Source: Takakia lepidozioides
Taxonomy: Eukaryota; Plantae; Bryophyta
Direction of reading: 5' to 3'
Length of the DNA: 64,000 nt
Assembly: GCA_030704615.1 (NCBI GenBank)
Contig: CM060731.1
Span: forward strand, 88,908,001-88,972,000
The stretch's first letter is position 1, and every line of letters starts with the position of its first letter. The notes under the pieces were generated by a model. That model was not told the DNA's origin and did not search any database. It saw only the letters and a program-made list of their open reading frames with translations. Both the position numbers and the translations under genes were made by a program. Positions 48,088 to 61,483 of this stretch are shown here, one piece after another.

Positions 48088-48327
48088 CAGCTGGTAGCTC
48101 TGCTGGTAAGTGCACAGTGTGTCGCCTTAGTGGTTCGGGGTTCAATCTTGCTGCCCTGCCTGGTGTGTGGATCGTTCGTGACCGGTTGGTCTGGTGGTGA
48201 CGTTTCCTACCTGTGTGCCTAATGGCTTATCTGAAAAGGGGTTAATTTTTCCCCCTCCTCAAGGGCCTGAATTGTGAGCAGTCGCTCCCAGGTTTCCTTT
48301 GAAATAAATAAATAAATAAATAAATAT
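48088..48327 (+). mobile_element. tRNA-derived SINE
   Basis: A box TAGCTCTGCTGG (48095), B box GGTTCAATC (48139), ~150-bp unrelated body, (TAAA)n tail. Confidence 0.7.
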
Positions 48328-51300
48328 AAATATATTATTACTTTATATTTTTTGTTTTGAAAAGTCACAAAGGGCCCCAAGAAGCACCCAGGAAAGGCAC
48401 TGGAACTGAATTAAAAAGAGGTGGATTACAAAAGGAATTAGTAATTAATTGTAATGGATTAGATGAAAGCCACCTAAATGTTTTTTACAAATGGCTTGTT
48501 CACGCTTTGATCATGGTTAGCTAAAATTACCTATTTCGTTAATTAGGACATTTTGGATATTCATATTAGTATTTTGTGTGTTGGGACTTCATTTGACCAA
48601 GTGAGGGGTCAACTCACTTGGGATGTGAGGATGGGTTTTATCCTGGTTTTATCCTTGTGAGGATTGAGGAGGCTCATTTGAGCCTCCATGAGTCTCTTTC
48701 ACCTCCATAGCTCTAGGTATTGAGAGAGAGTGTCTAGAGGGCTTTGTAGGGTGGATTCATTTAGCAGAAGTGCTATTGGCTTGACTTAATTTATATGATT
48801 GAGAAAGGTGTCCACCTTCCAACCGGAAGGCAGTAGCCCTTAAGGGTAAAGAGACACCATAATTTACGCTTCCTTCGGGAGGCGTCATCTATATATCTAT
48901 ATATGATTGAGTGAATTTTCACTTGATGGAGTGTGCTATTGTGTTTCCACTTTCATTATCATTGTGGCATAACTTTCTAGGATGATATGCTTGTAAGTGT
49001 GGTCAAACAACGATGTGGGTTGTGGCACAATGCTTAGGTGCATGACAGGCTCAAAATTCAAATGCGTTTTTTAATTTTGAGTTCCTATTTTTATGATACT
49101 TAGGGCCTCCAATTTATTTTGTCGTCAAGTTGTGCAGGACCGGAAGAATTCCACAAATTAAGAGAGCGTCCAATTACTCAGTGAGAAAGTTGGAGAACTG
49201 GATTGCTTGCGAATCGGAATGTCAAATGTAGAGGATGTTGCAGGAGTTGAAATCGTGAAGATGAATCAATAGTCTGGTTTCACAACATCTAATCTAAAAA
49301 TCTCAAACGGCAATTGGCTCTCTCGGTTTGCTTTGGCACAACATAAGAGGAAGGTAGGGAGCATGAGTCAGCACAACACACCAATCAGCACCTTGACACG
49401 GTGTATAAGGTACTTTGACCATATTTTCTCCATTGACTTGCATGTCTCTCTCTACAAGAGAGCCAACAAATGCAAAGCACATCAGGGAAATAAGAGGGGG
49501 TGACATGTAGGGAAGGGATGCGTAGTATTCTAAACAGGAGCCAATAAAAGTAAATTGTAGGATAGAAAGTTCAAAGAAGTGGATAGAAATAATAGAAAAT
49601 GAATTGGGATGAGGTGACACGTCATCAGAGTGTATAGATGACACTTGTTTGTTATCTTCCAACTTGTCACTGGACTGTCCCTAGGCTTTATCACTTGCAC
49701 TGCAAATCATGGCATGCAGGCAGCTTGAGGGTTTTGCAAGTGGAGTTGTCAAAGGTATCCAAGCTCTTCAAACGTTACGTCTTTGGTTCTGTGCCTGATA
49801 TATACCGGGTTCATCGTGTGAGGTTTGGAAATATCTGCGCTGAGCGATTCTGATGGACGGAGATCGAGGTCAATGGTGGGTTCATGCGCAGCTCATTGAT
49901 CGTTGTGAAACAACAAGGCGGAGGTGGAAAAGAGGAGGGGGGATATCTGTCCGGGAAACTCAGGTGTTTAAGCTCTACATTCTGTGCAGAATATATTTTT
50001 AATTTGGTGGCTGATGCTCCCCTGATGCTTCATCTTCAATAGAATTCAGTCTGTCCACCCAAAAAGGCGCATCAACAGAGTCCCCCTTGGTTCTCCCAGG
50101 CCTCCCGTGTTCCAATTCCTTTGTTAGGAACTTCCTTTACTTTTAGTGGAGCAGGTGCATTTGGTCGTTTTCTGGGTAACCAACTCATAGGTTTCCTGTT
50201 TCCTCCTGCATGCGGCTATGATGAACGGATCATCCTATCTGCGAGGCCTGTCTCAATCTGCACATCTCTCCATGTCGTTATAAACACATAAAGGACAATT
50301 CGAAGGAAAAGAAGTTACAGTAGACATTCTTAACACTAGGTATGCATATTCATGGATACAGGTTGAGATATGACTTCAGATTGGGGATAGATGCCGTGTA
50401 GATGCCGGTTATCGAAATGATGGTCTCTCACCTTTTAACAAAGCAAGATGTTCCACCCAGACGTTTTTTAGCAGTATTTCCATTTCAATTGGTGTTATTC
50501 GAACATTTGACCATATGAAGGAGGAGAACGGTGACCGGGAGGTGGCCATTGAGCTCAACCCTTCTTCGTTGTGGCAGGGAAGTGATCATTGACTTCATAA
50601 TGCAATGTCATATTTCCAGCCATGGCATGCCAGGACATAGCTGTCAGCTGGAATAACCGTTAGTTCCACGAATTTGTTGTCACCCCATATGGTTTCAGCT
50701 CAGTCGGTTTTGCCATTCACACACTGCTAGTAGTGTTTGAGAATCTAGATCTTGGGTTTACGTTCCTTGTGAGGGTTGATGCCTCTGGCCTGTTCCCTGG
50801 GGCGCCACTAGAGAGGATGCATGCAAGCACATGAGCGTACAATAGAGCCCACCCCCCAAAGGAGACAGTACCCTTAGGGGAAGAGGCTCGTATTGACGCC
50901 AACTGCAGTTGGCGTCATCTCTCTCTTGCCCTGAGACAATTTGGGCTGTATTCGGGGCTTGAATGGTAAACTGAAACAATTCATAAACAGCACGCCGGTG
51001 ATGGAGTGGATTAACTTAATATTGGAGCAAGAGCAGTTACCGTTGCTTTCATGGGGGGCTACTGCAGGATTGGAAACGTCTTTAGTGCATATCTTGCCAG
51101 GGTGTGTTTGGATAGGCTAAGGTTAATGGATTTTGCCAGGTGGTTCGCATGATTAATTGACAGGTCTCTACAACCTTTCGCAAACACCTCATACGTTGTG
51201 GTCATTATCTGGTCCATGTGTAAGACGTCCTTGGGGAATCATGAGGGAATTGGATTTCTAAAATAACCGGTCTATGGAATTCATGGGAGCTGCTTTGCCT

Positions 51301-52769
51301 CGGGTTCATCATGTTGGATTTTCAGCATGATGTAATCGAGCTCCTTTAGATCGACCGTTTGTAGCAGACTTCATGCATTTCAGTAGTAATCTTTGGCTAT
51401 CTATTTCCTCACTTCCTCACTTCCCTCTTCATGCTGGATGCATTGCAGCTGAAATTGCTGGACTTCAGTGTCCAATAACAAAAACTGCCAGAATTTCATT
51501 CCCTTGTCAAACTGCGCTACCTGCAAGCCTGAGGATGCTGCCAAAGGCAAATGACAAAGAAACGCACAGAGTTGATGAGGCCAATATGAAGGTTGCCTAA
51601 TAGAGCTGGATACAGATCCAAGAGGGGAAGAACTGCTCAAAGGAGGTACGGAGATGGGTTCTTGAGTGTTTCGCCCAGGCATGGGTTGTAAACATGTCTG
51701 AATACGTCTGGTAACCTGAACAATGCATTGCATGCACTTCTGTATCTCCTCTCCATCTAATGTGATGGACCCTTCCTTGCAGGCAGGCAATCCTTGTCTT
51801 GAAGGTTTCACGAAGTTCTTAGATTGTCCTGGGGGAGAAAGGGCCAGTGCTTGCAGGGTCAAAGGGTTTTGGATTATAAGTTATTGAAATACTATCCTAA
51901 TTTGAATGATATTACAGTACATATCATTTATATTATATTATAATAAACGATAGGTATAATAATTTTGGTTAGAGATGGAAGGCCAATCACAGCTTGGTGG
52001 ACCTTGCTAGTCATCTCCAACTTAGGCCTCTGCATACCTCAGACACATCTGTCCATTGGCCCTGATGGCTTTGCTAGAGCAATATGTTCCATAAATTGCT
52101 TCTCTTCTTTGTTTCGTTGATTGAAGTTACAGGATCTTACTCTTCCATGAGATATCTTCTTCGGTCAACTTGTCTCTGATCTTCCAGCAAGCAAGGCAAG
52201 TTAACCAAGAATGATGCTGTCTATTCAGTAAACTCCGGATGGAGAGGTAGGGTGAAGTGGAGTATGGGACAAGAAGAGTCCCGAAGTTGAGCTAGCTGAG
52301 GCAGGAAGGGATGCAGCTATTTGGAGGATGGGTTATAAAGTGAGTTGTGTGCCAACCCAAGGAGGCTAGCTGCCAATTGACTAGCCGCCAAGTCATTGAA
52401 AAAGTTCAGTGCTGAGTGGGTTTTGAAAAGTAGCTGCTGCAGAGGTTTGAAAGAACTTGCAAGTAAAGAAAACTGTCAAAACCAAGGGTGAAATGCTCTG
52501 ATATTTTGCCTGTAAAGGTGGTCTGAGATCATGGTTTTGTAGTCCAGGCCAGGTGAACAGAGATCTTCACCATGGACAACAAAGGAGGTCTCTGGAAAGA
52601 AGCTCATCCATCAACCCACAACCTAATCGCCTCAACTGCGCTCGCCCAAGACATGTCGAGGACCAAGAAGGCCACGAGGTAGGACTTTTAGGTGTGCTCT
52701 TTGAGCTCGGTCTTTCAACATCATACATGTTCAAGGATGATGGCTTCTTGCATATGGTGATTTAGAAAA

Positions 52770-55351
52770 TCAGCTGCCGACGAGTTGGAGTCCAGACACA
52801 TCGGTTTGGCAAGGCCGAAGGGATTTTACAAAGTCCCTTACACGCTGCCCATTTACATCTGCATCAAAAGGGCAATCATAGGATACCGGAGCCCCTTGGT
52901 AGCATCCATCAATTGCTTGCCCTCGGACGCACCCCTTTTTCCAGCTCTGGCTTCTATGGTTTACTAGGTAAGGCATGAGGCCCCCGTAGGCCTGAGCAAG
53001 CTCACTGTAAGTGGACGCAGGGGTCGTAAAAATGGAGTCTGACAGGCTCAAACAAAGGATTTCCACCAGAGCTTCACTATCGTCTTCAATGGCAGGTGCA
53101 TGTTGGCCACCCTCTTGGGTAAGCTGCACCACCCCTACAAGCTCTCCGGTGCTGGTTGGTTGTAAGGGATACAACCTGCTCAGAGCATCTCTCAAGCCTC
53201 CATACAGAGATGCAACAAACACCACTGTGTGGGGTGTGGAGTGCTTGGCAGGGAAGTCTTGGCCTGTGACTGGGGACCCCTTCAACTCCATGTGTTCTGT
53301 CACATTCGGAAGAATCTTGTTCTCTATAGCGCATTCCAGAATGCGTGCGTTAACAACGTCGTGAAGCTCATTGTACTCTTGGGCACCCCCCATGTACCGC
53401 ATTTGAATGCCCACAATATGGTCCGCAGCCTGCATGCAGAATTGATGATGCTTTGTTGTTAGAACCTTGTTGTTAGAACCTTGGAGTCTTTTGGACGGAA
53501 GACCAATGAATAGCTACACTGTCATATGTACTTGAGGAGATGTGATTTCAAAACAGTACCTGCAAATAAGTCTCCTGCACTCTTCGAACGCGAGCCCACA
53601 GCGAGTCGATAGGGAGCATGGCGTAGCGCAGCAGGGGAGTGAGAGGCACCTTGTCCGGGAACAGAGCCTCCAACACTGCATTGAACTTGGATATGGCGAA
53701 AAGCTGAGGAAGGAAGTAAAGACAGCCGCCTAGCGAGACCCATGTGACATTATCGTAGAGATATTGCTCAGTGTTGCAATAGAATCGGCTATGAGGACCC
53801 CAGTCATTATCAGCCTGTGCTGCGTAAACAGCCGGTGTGGACGTCCCTCCTTGGAATGCAGCCTCCGCCTCTGTCAGAAATTCATCGGAGGTGACCCACA
53901 GATCCCTTCGTATGTCCATAAAGGGGAAGTCCGGTGGGGCTGCCCATGAAGATCCTGGGAAAGGCTCGCACATTATCGAGGGAATAAGGAAGCGAGGATC
54001 AATGAGTATGACTCTCTGGGTCAAGATCGCATAGAGAAGTGTCGATATAATCCAAAGCACCCTGTTTCCAATGCCGTTCCCCCCTTTGCCCACCAGGAAT
54101 TTGCAACCTGTGCTGTCATTCTTGGTGAGGAAAAGCTGGGTGAGGTTGCCAGCCTTCTGTATGCACGTCCGATGAAGAGTCTCGTACTCTTGCAGTATAG
54201 TGTTGAGGTGTCCGGGGGTAGCAATGACATTGCCAGTTCTTCGCCGTCTCTGCCGGTACTGTGCGTTGAGCTCCAGTCGGCTTCTACAGGGGTTTTTCTT
54301 ATTCCAATCTCTTCTCTGAGCTGTTGTGAACCTGCTACAGTCAATAAGAAACAGCGAATCAGACGCTCTCAGCCTGCGTCGTTCCAACAAAAGATTTCAA
54401 GCTTTGACTGAAAGCATGATGCTCAACGTTTTAGCCGTCCTTCAGTCTCAATGACAAATGTTCATCTGCTGCACCTGAAATAAAGTGTGGAAGTGCACGG
54501 GGATTCATGTAGAGCACCACCCCGGAATAGATGCTTCCAACAGGAGATTAAGTGTCCCCAGATCTACAGAGATGAGACTACGCTCGTAAGAAATTGATGG
54601 AAGGGGCAAATCATCTTCAAACATGCTAGCGTGTCTGAGACTTCAGCAGCTCATTTTCGTGGCATTGCCAAAACGATACAAAGGAATGCATGGAGATGGA
54701 AATTTGGACTCCTCTGGTTCTTCAGGTTGAGTGCAGATTTTACTCTCAAGTATTGATGGAGGGATTGCCGTGTTTTAGAACACGGTATTCCCTTGCAGGA
54801 CTCTCCACAATTCCCTGCCGGAGTTGCGTGTCACCCTATTTAGAGGCGCCATTTTCTTACGCACAACTTTCTTTACCTTCGGGACTGTCTTCGATGTCAT
54901 ATTACGCACGAGCTTTGGTGATTTTTACCATGTTCGCTATTGTAACGGGTGTCCTGCACAGCAAAATAAGGCCGGGTTCCAGAACTTCGCATTTGCTATG
55001 GCCATGTACTCTCTCTACAAAACCTGGATGTGTATTGATTCAGCTTTAAGTGCAAGTGTTCTGATTATCTGGAGTCCCCCGGTACCCCATCACTCACCCC
55101 GATAGCACACTTTCACCGGACCTCCTTGTTGCAGCTGCCTGGATGGCTTTCCCAAGGGCTTTCAGAAGAGAACGGATAGGAATAGGTGGCTTGGGATCAA
55201 TGAGCTTGTGCCCGGTGTTGATGTATTCGGAAAAGAAACCAAATCCACTGTTGTCAGGCTGATAGCCAGAGTAAGCGAAAAACATCAGTAGCACAAGCGC
55301 CGCCGTTGCTGTGAGGGACTTGAGCGAAGTGACTGACGTCTTCAACGACAT
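52770..55351 (-). CDS. FUT: Xyloglucan alpha-1,2-fucosyltransferase-like (GT37); exons 55351-55098, 54331-53560, 53429-52770
   Basis: N-terminal TM segment; CRSR, YETLHRTC, GIGNRVLWIISTLLYAILTQRVILID, CEPFPGSSW, VGIQMR, ALVEILCLSLSD..TTPASTY..AQAYGGLMP; GT-AG introns with matching phases. Confidence 0.92.
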
Positions 55352-58300
55352 TTGAAACTTGCCACTCGAGTTTTCTGTTCCCTTCGTCAGTACTCTTCCA
55401 CAGCTTTTGATCACGGAGCCTGGTTTATCCTCTCTACTGCCGCCTCCTCATTCTCTGAGATCTATCCGCCTACTGTCCATGCAGTCTTCTTGTGCACCTC
55501 CTAGGCTGAAGACCCACCATGACACAATCTTGCAAATAAACCTGAACATGAATGTGGCTCCAGACACTGCGCTGGGGAGGGAGGGGTACGATACACATGT
55601 CTCCTGAATCTAGGGCTCTCACCGCAGCTCAAGATCAAGAACTGTCAATCAAACCCGGATCAAATTCCGGACAGTCATCACTTCTGAAACGTAAATCTTG
55701 AAGTTACATTTCGGATTTCTTGACTGATGAGAGCAACCCACCTGCGCGATATCAGATTAGTTTCAAGAATGTGGTTTTATAACGTATGGGTGCTTCAAAT
55801 TATGCCGTATCTTTGTCCACAGTCCTTTGATGTTGCCAACAAGAGTTCCTCTCAAGCAAAGCTCAAGCTTGAGCTCGGCCCAGAATTGAAAGGGAGAGAG
55901 AACAAGATCGAACGTCCACACCACAGTTGGGACTTCGGACTTTCTTGCAGCAAAATTCCAAAGCACACATCCCTCGATCCATCACCGCTACTCCATCCAA
56001 GGGCCGAAATTATCTAACGCTTAACACACTATCATAACCAACATTACTCTTGCTTGAGAGTATTAAAGTAATTAATTACTGATTTGCCTCGGATGCTTGT
56101 ATGGCAGTACACTTTGGATGCCTGATTACCACCTGTAATCCACCTGCTTGTTACCAAACCCTAAGTCTTGGTGCTCTGCCTTTATGGCCATTACACTTTC
56201 TTCACTTGTGCTCTGTCAGAGTAACTACCTCCCATCATTACAATACTATTACTAATTCTAATATTTTATGATAGCATGTCTGCCTTCCCTCATTGGCGGC
56301 CTCCTTCTTTCTAGAAAGTGCCAATAATATCTCTGCTGAAAAATCTTCGGATTGTCATCTGAATTTGTCGGTATTACCTTACTTACTCAAAATGATTCCA
56401 CCCTTTGAGCTATAAAGGAAAAATGTATATAAAGAAAAGAAAATAACAGGGAACAAAATCTAACATATTTTAATAATCTAAGTAGAGAAAGAAAAAAGAG
56501 GGGGAAGCTGGGGAGGGGGAAAAATAACCCTGTTACATTCATCCAATAGCCCAAGACCCAGTATTGAACCCAGACCCACAGGCCAATGCACAGGCTCAGC
56601 AAAGATGCCTATCTATTTGGGTCTTCAATTCCCTTTAAATACAGAAAGCAGGAATAAGAAATTCATTTGGTAGCCGCCCCGGCGGACGTTCCCATGCCCT
56701 CAGGCTTTGTCGCTTATCACCAACTCACATACTTACAACCCGCGCACTCCCTACTGTACATACCATTTCACTCCAAACCCATCATTTGGACTGCCCTTCA
56801 CGGTTGACTCCGGTGTGTTGGACGGTATACCTGGTTGAACCTTAGGTATGGACTACAGGTATGAGTACGTGTATCGAAGAACATACCGGGGGGGGAGTAT
56901 GTCTTTATTACCCAAACTAGTCTGGGTAATAAGTTATACGCAGGCATGGCATGGTCCCCATACCAGTACTGCGGCGAGTTCATGGCGGATGGAGGTAGGT
57001 ATGAGTCTATGCTAGTGTAATGTGTACTACCAGTTTGTTAATTCGAGGCTCCCTGCTGCAACTCAGACTTCAGTTGCTGTCTTTGCCAAGTGTTTCACAG
57101 TTTAGACTACAATTAGCTCTCTGCTTCATCACATTTATTTCTATGTATGTATGCCCAAAATACAATTACTCATACCAGATTCATATCCAAGTTGCTCGTA
57201 TAGAAACCTATACCAGCCTGGTATGAAAAAAGGGGTTGGACATTTCATACCAGGACCGGTCTGGTATTAAGGAATGGACATACCAGTCCAACACTGGTCG
57301 GCTCCCAACAAAAAATTTATCGGCATTTCATCCAGTCGTGATATTACCACAATCGATTCCGTAACCAAAATATGACAATTTTGATTCTTGCCTATAGGAC
57401 CAACTCTTCAAGATACAACCTGCGCAATATATGTACAAGAGACTCGGTAGGTAGCCGAAAGGCAAAGTGGCTCTTAGTTACTCGGGCTTTGGCCAGCGTC
57501 TTCTCTCTCTCTCTACAGGAGACCCACATTTCAATAGAGACCCACTAGTGTAATGTTGAGGGTTGACTCCAAACTATTTATGGACATTTCATTCTGTCCT
57601 GACATAGAAATAGAAAATGGAGTGTTAGAAAATGGAGTGTTGCCGATAGGAGATGCGACCAACTCTTCCAGATACAACCTGCGCACTAGCATGTACACAA
57701 AGAGTCTCGCATCGCAAAAGAAACCCGCTCAGGTTGACTCCAAATTTTTTATTCGATCGTGATTAGTGATTACCTCAAAACAGAAATAAAAAGATTGACT
57801 CTAGCAGAAACGGAGAGCAATTATATTATACTATATTATTATTTTATTTCGAGAAAAGGGGAGGAAGCCCTTGGAACTTTATTCGCATTATTGAAGGGAA
57901 AAAAATTTAAAACCCTTGAGTGGCCGAAGGCCGCCATAAGGCATGTGTAAATTACGGTGTCTCAAAAACATAAAAAAGGGTGTCTCAAAGAACTTGCAAA
58001 ACAAGAGGTTCCTAGTTCGCAGTCGACCCACAGTTTGTTTCCGCAATGATTCAGTACAAATTTATCGGCAAGTGATCGCAGAAGAGTAATAAGTAAAAAT
58101 ATAAGGCAGCAGTAAATGGCGATCCATTCAAGTCGTTGGCGTCGTTTCCCGCGCCGCAGACGAGAGCGCGCGAGGAGGTCTGACCAGCGTGTTGCGTGCG
58201 GGCACGTGGAGGCATGAGGGAGGACCGGCTGCCCGGTCGGAATATGGCCCCACCTCCTGGACCCTCCATCTCTCGATTATACGAGGTCGTCGTGTCATTG

Positions 58301-58953
58301 AATTGCTCTAAGCTGCCCTGTAGCTCTCTAGTTCGGCGCTCTAGCTCTCTCTCTCTATCCCTTTTCTACCGCAATTGACGTACTCCTTGTTTGCTCTTCC
58401 CGAAGATTCATAGTCTTCTTTCCAGTTGAAAGATTCGTAGGCTTCTTTTCAGCTGGGAGATTCACAGGCTTAGTTTGCCTTCTTTTTCTTCTTCTCTGCC
58501 TGGTTCACAAGCCCGCGAGCTGTCATACAGCACTCTGTCCGGGCTGTTCTTCTTGTGCTCCATTCAGCGCTCTACGTATTCCCAAAGTTTTATCCTGTCT
58601 GCGGTTCGATCTCTTCGCTGCACTGTTCTGCATTGACGGCAGCATTAACAGGCTTCTTTCTCTATAACGATTCTTCCATCCTCGCATATTTTTTCTTTTT
58701 AGTCTGGGACCGTGTTCCTGTAGGCCTTCGGCTTAGGGATTGTCCCTTGTGCGAATCCGCTCCGCAGTATTTGCTCTACCTCTTCAGCATTGTGATTTAT
58801 TGTCCACATCGGTCCCTTCCCTGTTCGGGGCACTTTGCGCTAGCAGGCGAGGCAGTATTCCTGAGCTTGGCTTGGCCTTTGTTCTCTTCACGTACCAGTT
58901 TTTACTCGTGTTTTTTATCTTCACCGTAGGTCTACGTTCTTTGAGCTCCAAAC

Positions 58954-59319
58954 ATGACAGGCCGCACATTGAAACCTCGTGTAGTGCAGTCAGCTCCCTC
59001 CCCGATCCTTCCTCTCTTCTTCGTAGCAGTGATGCTGGTTATGGCCGCGATGCCGTGGTACCTGCGCTATCACGCTCTCTTCAAGATAGCGGCGTATCAA
59101 ACTAACTACGTTTTGTTGATTGTGCCTCTTGTGCTGGTGATGGTACTCTCTCTAATGTCCTCTGTTCCAGAGTGGGCCTCTCCAAATCCTCCGATGTACG
59201 GACGCAGCAGGAACTGGAACTCTGGACATTTCTCTGGCGAGCACCACCATGGCGATGGCGCGGGCATTGGCCTCTTCATCCTTCTTGTCTTGTTGCTGAT
59301 TTTGGTCCCCTGGAGATGA
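58954..59319 (+). CDS. Small plant three-TM membrane protein, 121 aa
   Basis: SP.LPLFF...WY..Y...LLIVPLVLV...G.GLFILLVLLL pattern of a conserved plant small-protein family; upstream CT-rich UTR-like tract and a CACGTG at 58204. Confidence 0.75.
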   Translation: MTGRTLKPRVVQSAPSPILPLFFVAVMLVMAAMPWYLRYHALFKIAAYQTNYVLLIVPLVLVMVLSLMSSVPEWASPNPPMYGRSRNWNSGHFSGEHHHGDGAGIGLFILLVLLLILVPWR

Positions 59320-61483
59320 AGATTCTGATTGGAATTCACTCCCTATCTTCTCCAGGTTGGTTCCTCTTTTGAGCTTCACTTCCAATGTTCTTTTACACAC
59401 TAGCAACGATTATCTTCCTGTAATTGTGTGCATTCTCGTTCCTCTCGCAATGAAGTCGCTGGACAGTTGTGGTACGCACTCAGATCAGAGCTGACAGCTT
59501 TTAATGTCTTCAGAGTATCATCGTTGCCAATGGACTGTAACTCGCTTCAGCCTCATATGTAGCTTCCCTGGTCTGTGCCTGAATTATTCCGACACGTCTG
59601 ACCAACTGTCACTGTCTTTCTCTTTCTCTCCCTCAAATGTATGCAATAAGTTTTTTGAGGCATAACAGTTTCAGATTGTTGCACAGCTCCAATGGAGCAC
59701 TCTAGCTCGTAAACTCCTCATGAAGACTGCTTTCGCGGCATTGACCCTTCATTTGAGGTCTGATGCTGAAGAAGGCAAGGTGGCTGCGCAGGTGCTTGCT
59801 GTGGTTTGTCCTGCCGTAGGCTGCCTTTGTTTGAATCCCTCTTTTACCGATGAATTCTCAATTCAATACTGTGTTGTGCATAGCAGACGATGCACACCTC
59901 AACACCAGATATCTTCAGGAAGGATGGAAGCAGTGCTGCTTATTCAGAGAAGATCGTGATTATTGTCTATAAGAGCTCCCATTACCCGTCTAAATCCAGA
60001 TGACAGTCATGAGTGGGTGACAAGAGAATGCTGTTTAGGGCAAGAGTTTCCCTCGTCTCAAGAGGGGATGCGGAATTGTACCCCTCAGTTTGAAGGGAAG
60101 TTCAAATTTTGGACTATGCCGGAGGTGCGCATAGGGCTCTCCCCTGCGGCGGCTTTTGAGTGGGGAAATGGTCCAGATTTGTCTGTGTGGTGCCTGATAA
60201 GGCTGCTGGACATACTCGGAAATCCCTTGGCTTCTAAATGAACTACGAAAATCTGTACAACGGGGCAATAGAGTAACGGTCAACCTCGTTGTGTAAATCT
60301 CACTTTGCTTGTATATATATGACGGTCCACTTGACAGCATCCAATTTGCCTCTGTTTGTGTTTTGGAAACACGACCTCTAGTTCCGTGATGTGTGATCCC
60401 TTACTCTTTTATCTTGTTGGTAAATGTAATGTTAAGAACAGAGGGCTGTCACAGAGGAGTAATGGGGTGCTCGAAAAAGCCTCGTGGTACTCCGCACCTT
60501 GCTCTGCCTATCCCTCTTCTTTAGGCTACTATGAATGGCGCAGTTGCACCTGGGGTGAAGTTCGTGGGCATTGACAATGCATCCGTATTGCTCGCTGCTT
60601 GCAATCCGAGCTATGTAGGTAGGATTGTTGCGGATTTGATGCAGGCCGTCGTGGCTTCCTTTCCACATAGAAGTGCCAGTACTTACAGAGCAAGACTCCG
60701 GAAGACGATTTCTGCACAGCGGAAGACAAAAACATGGTCGCATGTCCAGTGGGTGGCCTCAATACGGCAATGCCGGTTGTTTAAGACTCTCATAAATTCA
60801 CACCCTTGGCCTGTACCACCACGACATTCCTTTTTCCGGTGCCTTCCGGAGTGGCGGCCCATCAATACACTTGGTCCTACCTCCACGGCCCGTGAACTGA
60901 CGAGTTGGCAGGTGATGCATGTGAGCATTTACCTATTTGTTGACCCTGCCACAACTCCTTTTGCTCTCTTTGTAGGACTATACATACGTCATACATATGT
61001 GGGGGAAACAGGAAGTCCAAGTGGGAGGGTCATAAGCAGACTAGTTGTCCATCAGAGCAGCTCACTGCCTTCTGTCTTGAGACTTCAGCAGACACCCCAT
61101 CCCTTCGTAAACGTAATGTACCTCCTCTTGGGACCTAAACCATATTTGTCCTTCCAATCCCTATCCATTTTGTCTAATTGGCATCCCATACATGTCTCCA
61201 ATGGGTGTTCCACAGGATGGCCTGTCGCTTGGGACCTCAAAGCAGAGCAGCACAACCATTTCGTCCCCACGTCTGTGCTGTTCTCTCCACCGTCCAAGAA
61301 TTGCACACCCTCACACACATTTCGTGTAATCAATCCGTCATTTGCCACGCGGCCTCTTCCAAGGCAGCGACTGCTCTTGGAAGATATTCCTACAGGAAAC
61401 AGACAAAGGGAGTGTAAAGAGGGAAGAGAGAGCAATATTGTGGAAGGAGGGAGCGAGGGAGGGACGGTGGGACGGAGGGAGAG

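Noticed and set aside
48088-48160. tRNA gene
   Set aside because: A and B boxes are present, but there is no convincing cloverleaf, and a body plus (TAAA)n tail follows; called as a SINE.
49900-51870. Possible decayed minus-strand transposon coding region
   Set aside because: Coding-like stretches, but I could identify no domain, termini or TSD.
53430-53559. Apparent disruption of the fucosyltransferase into separate ORFs
   Set aside because: The gap is a phase-0 GT-AG intron; the gene splices into an intact frame.
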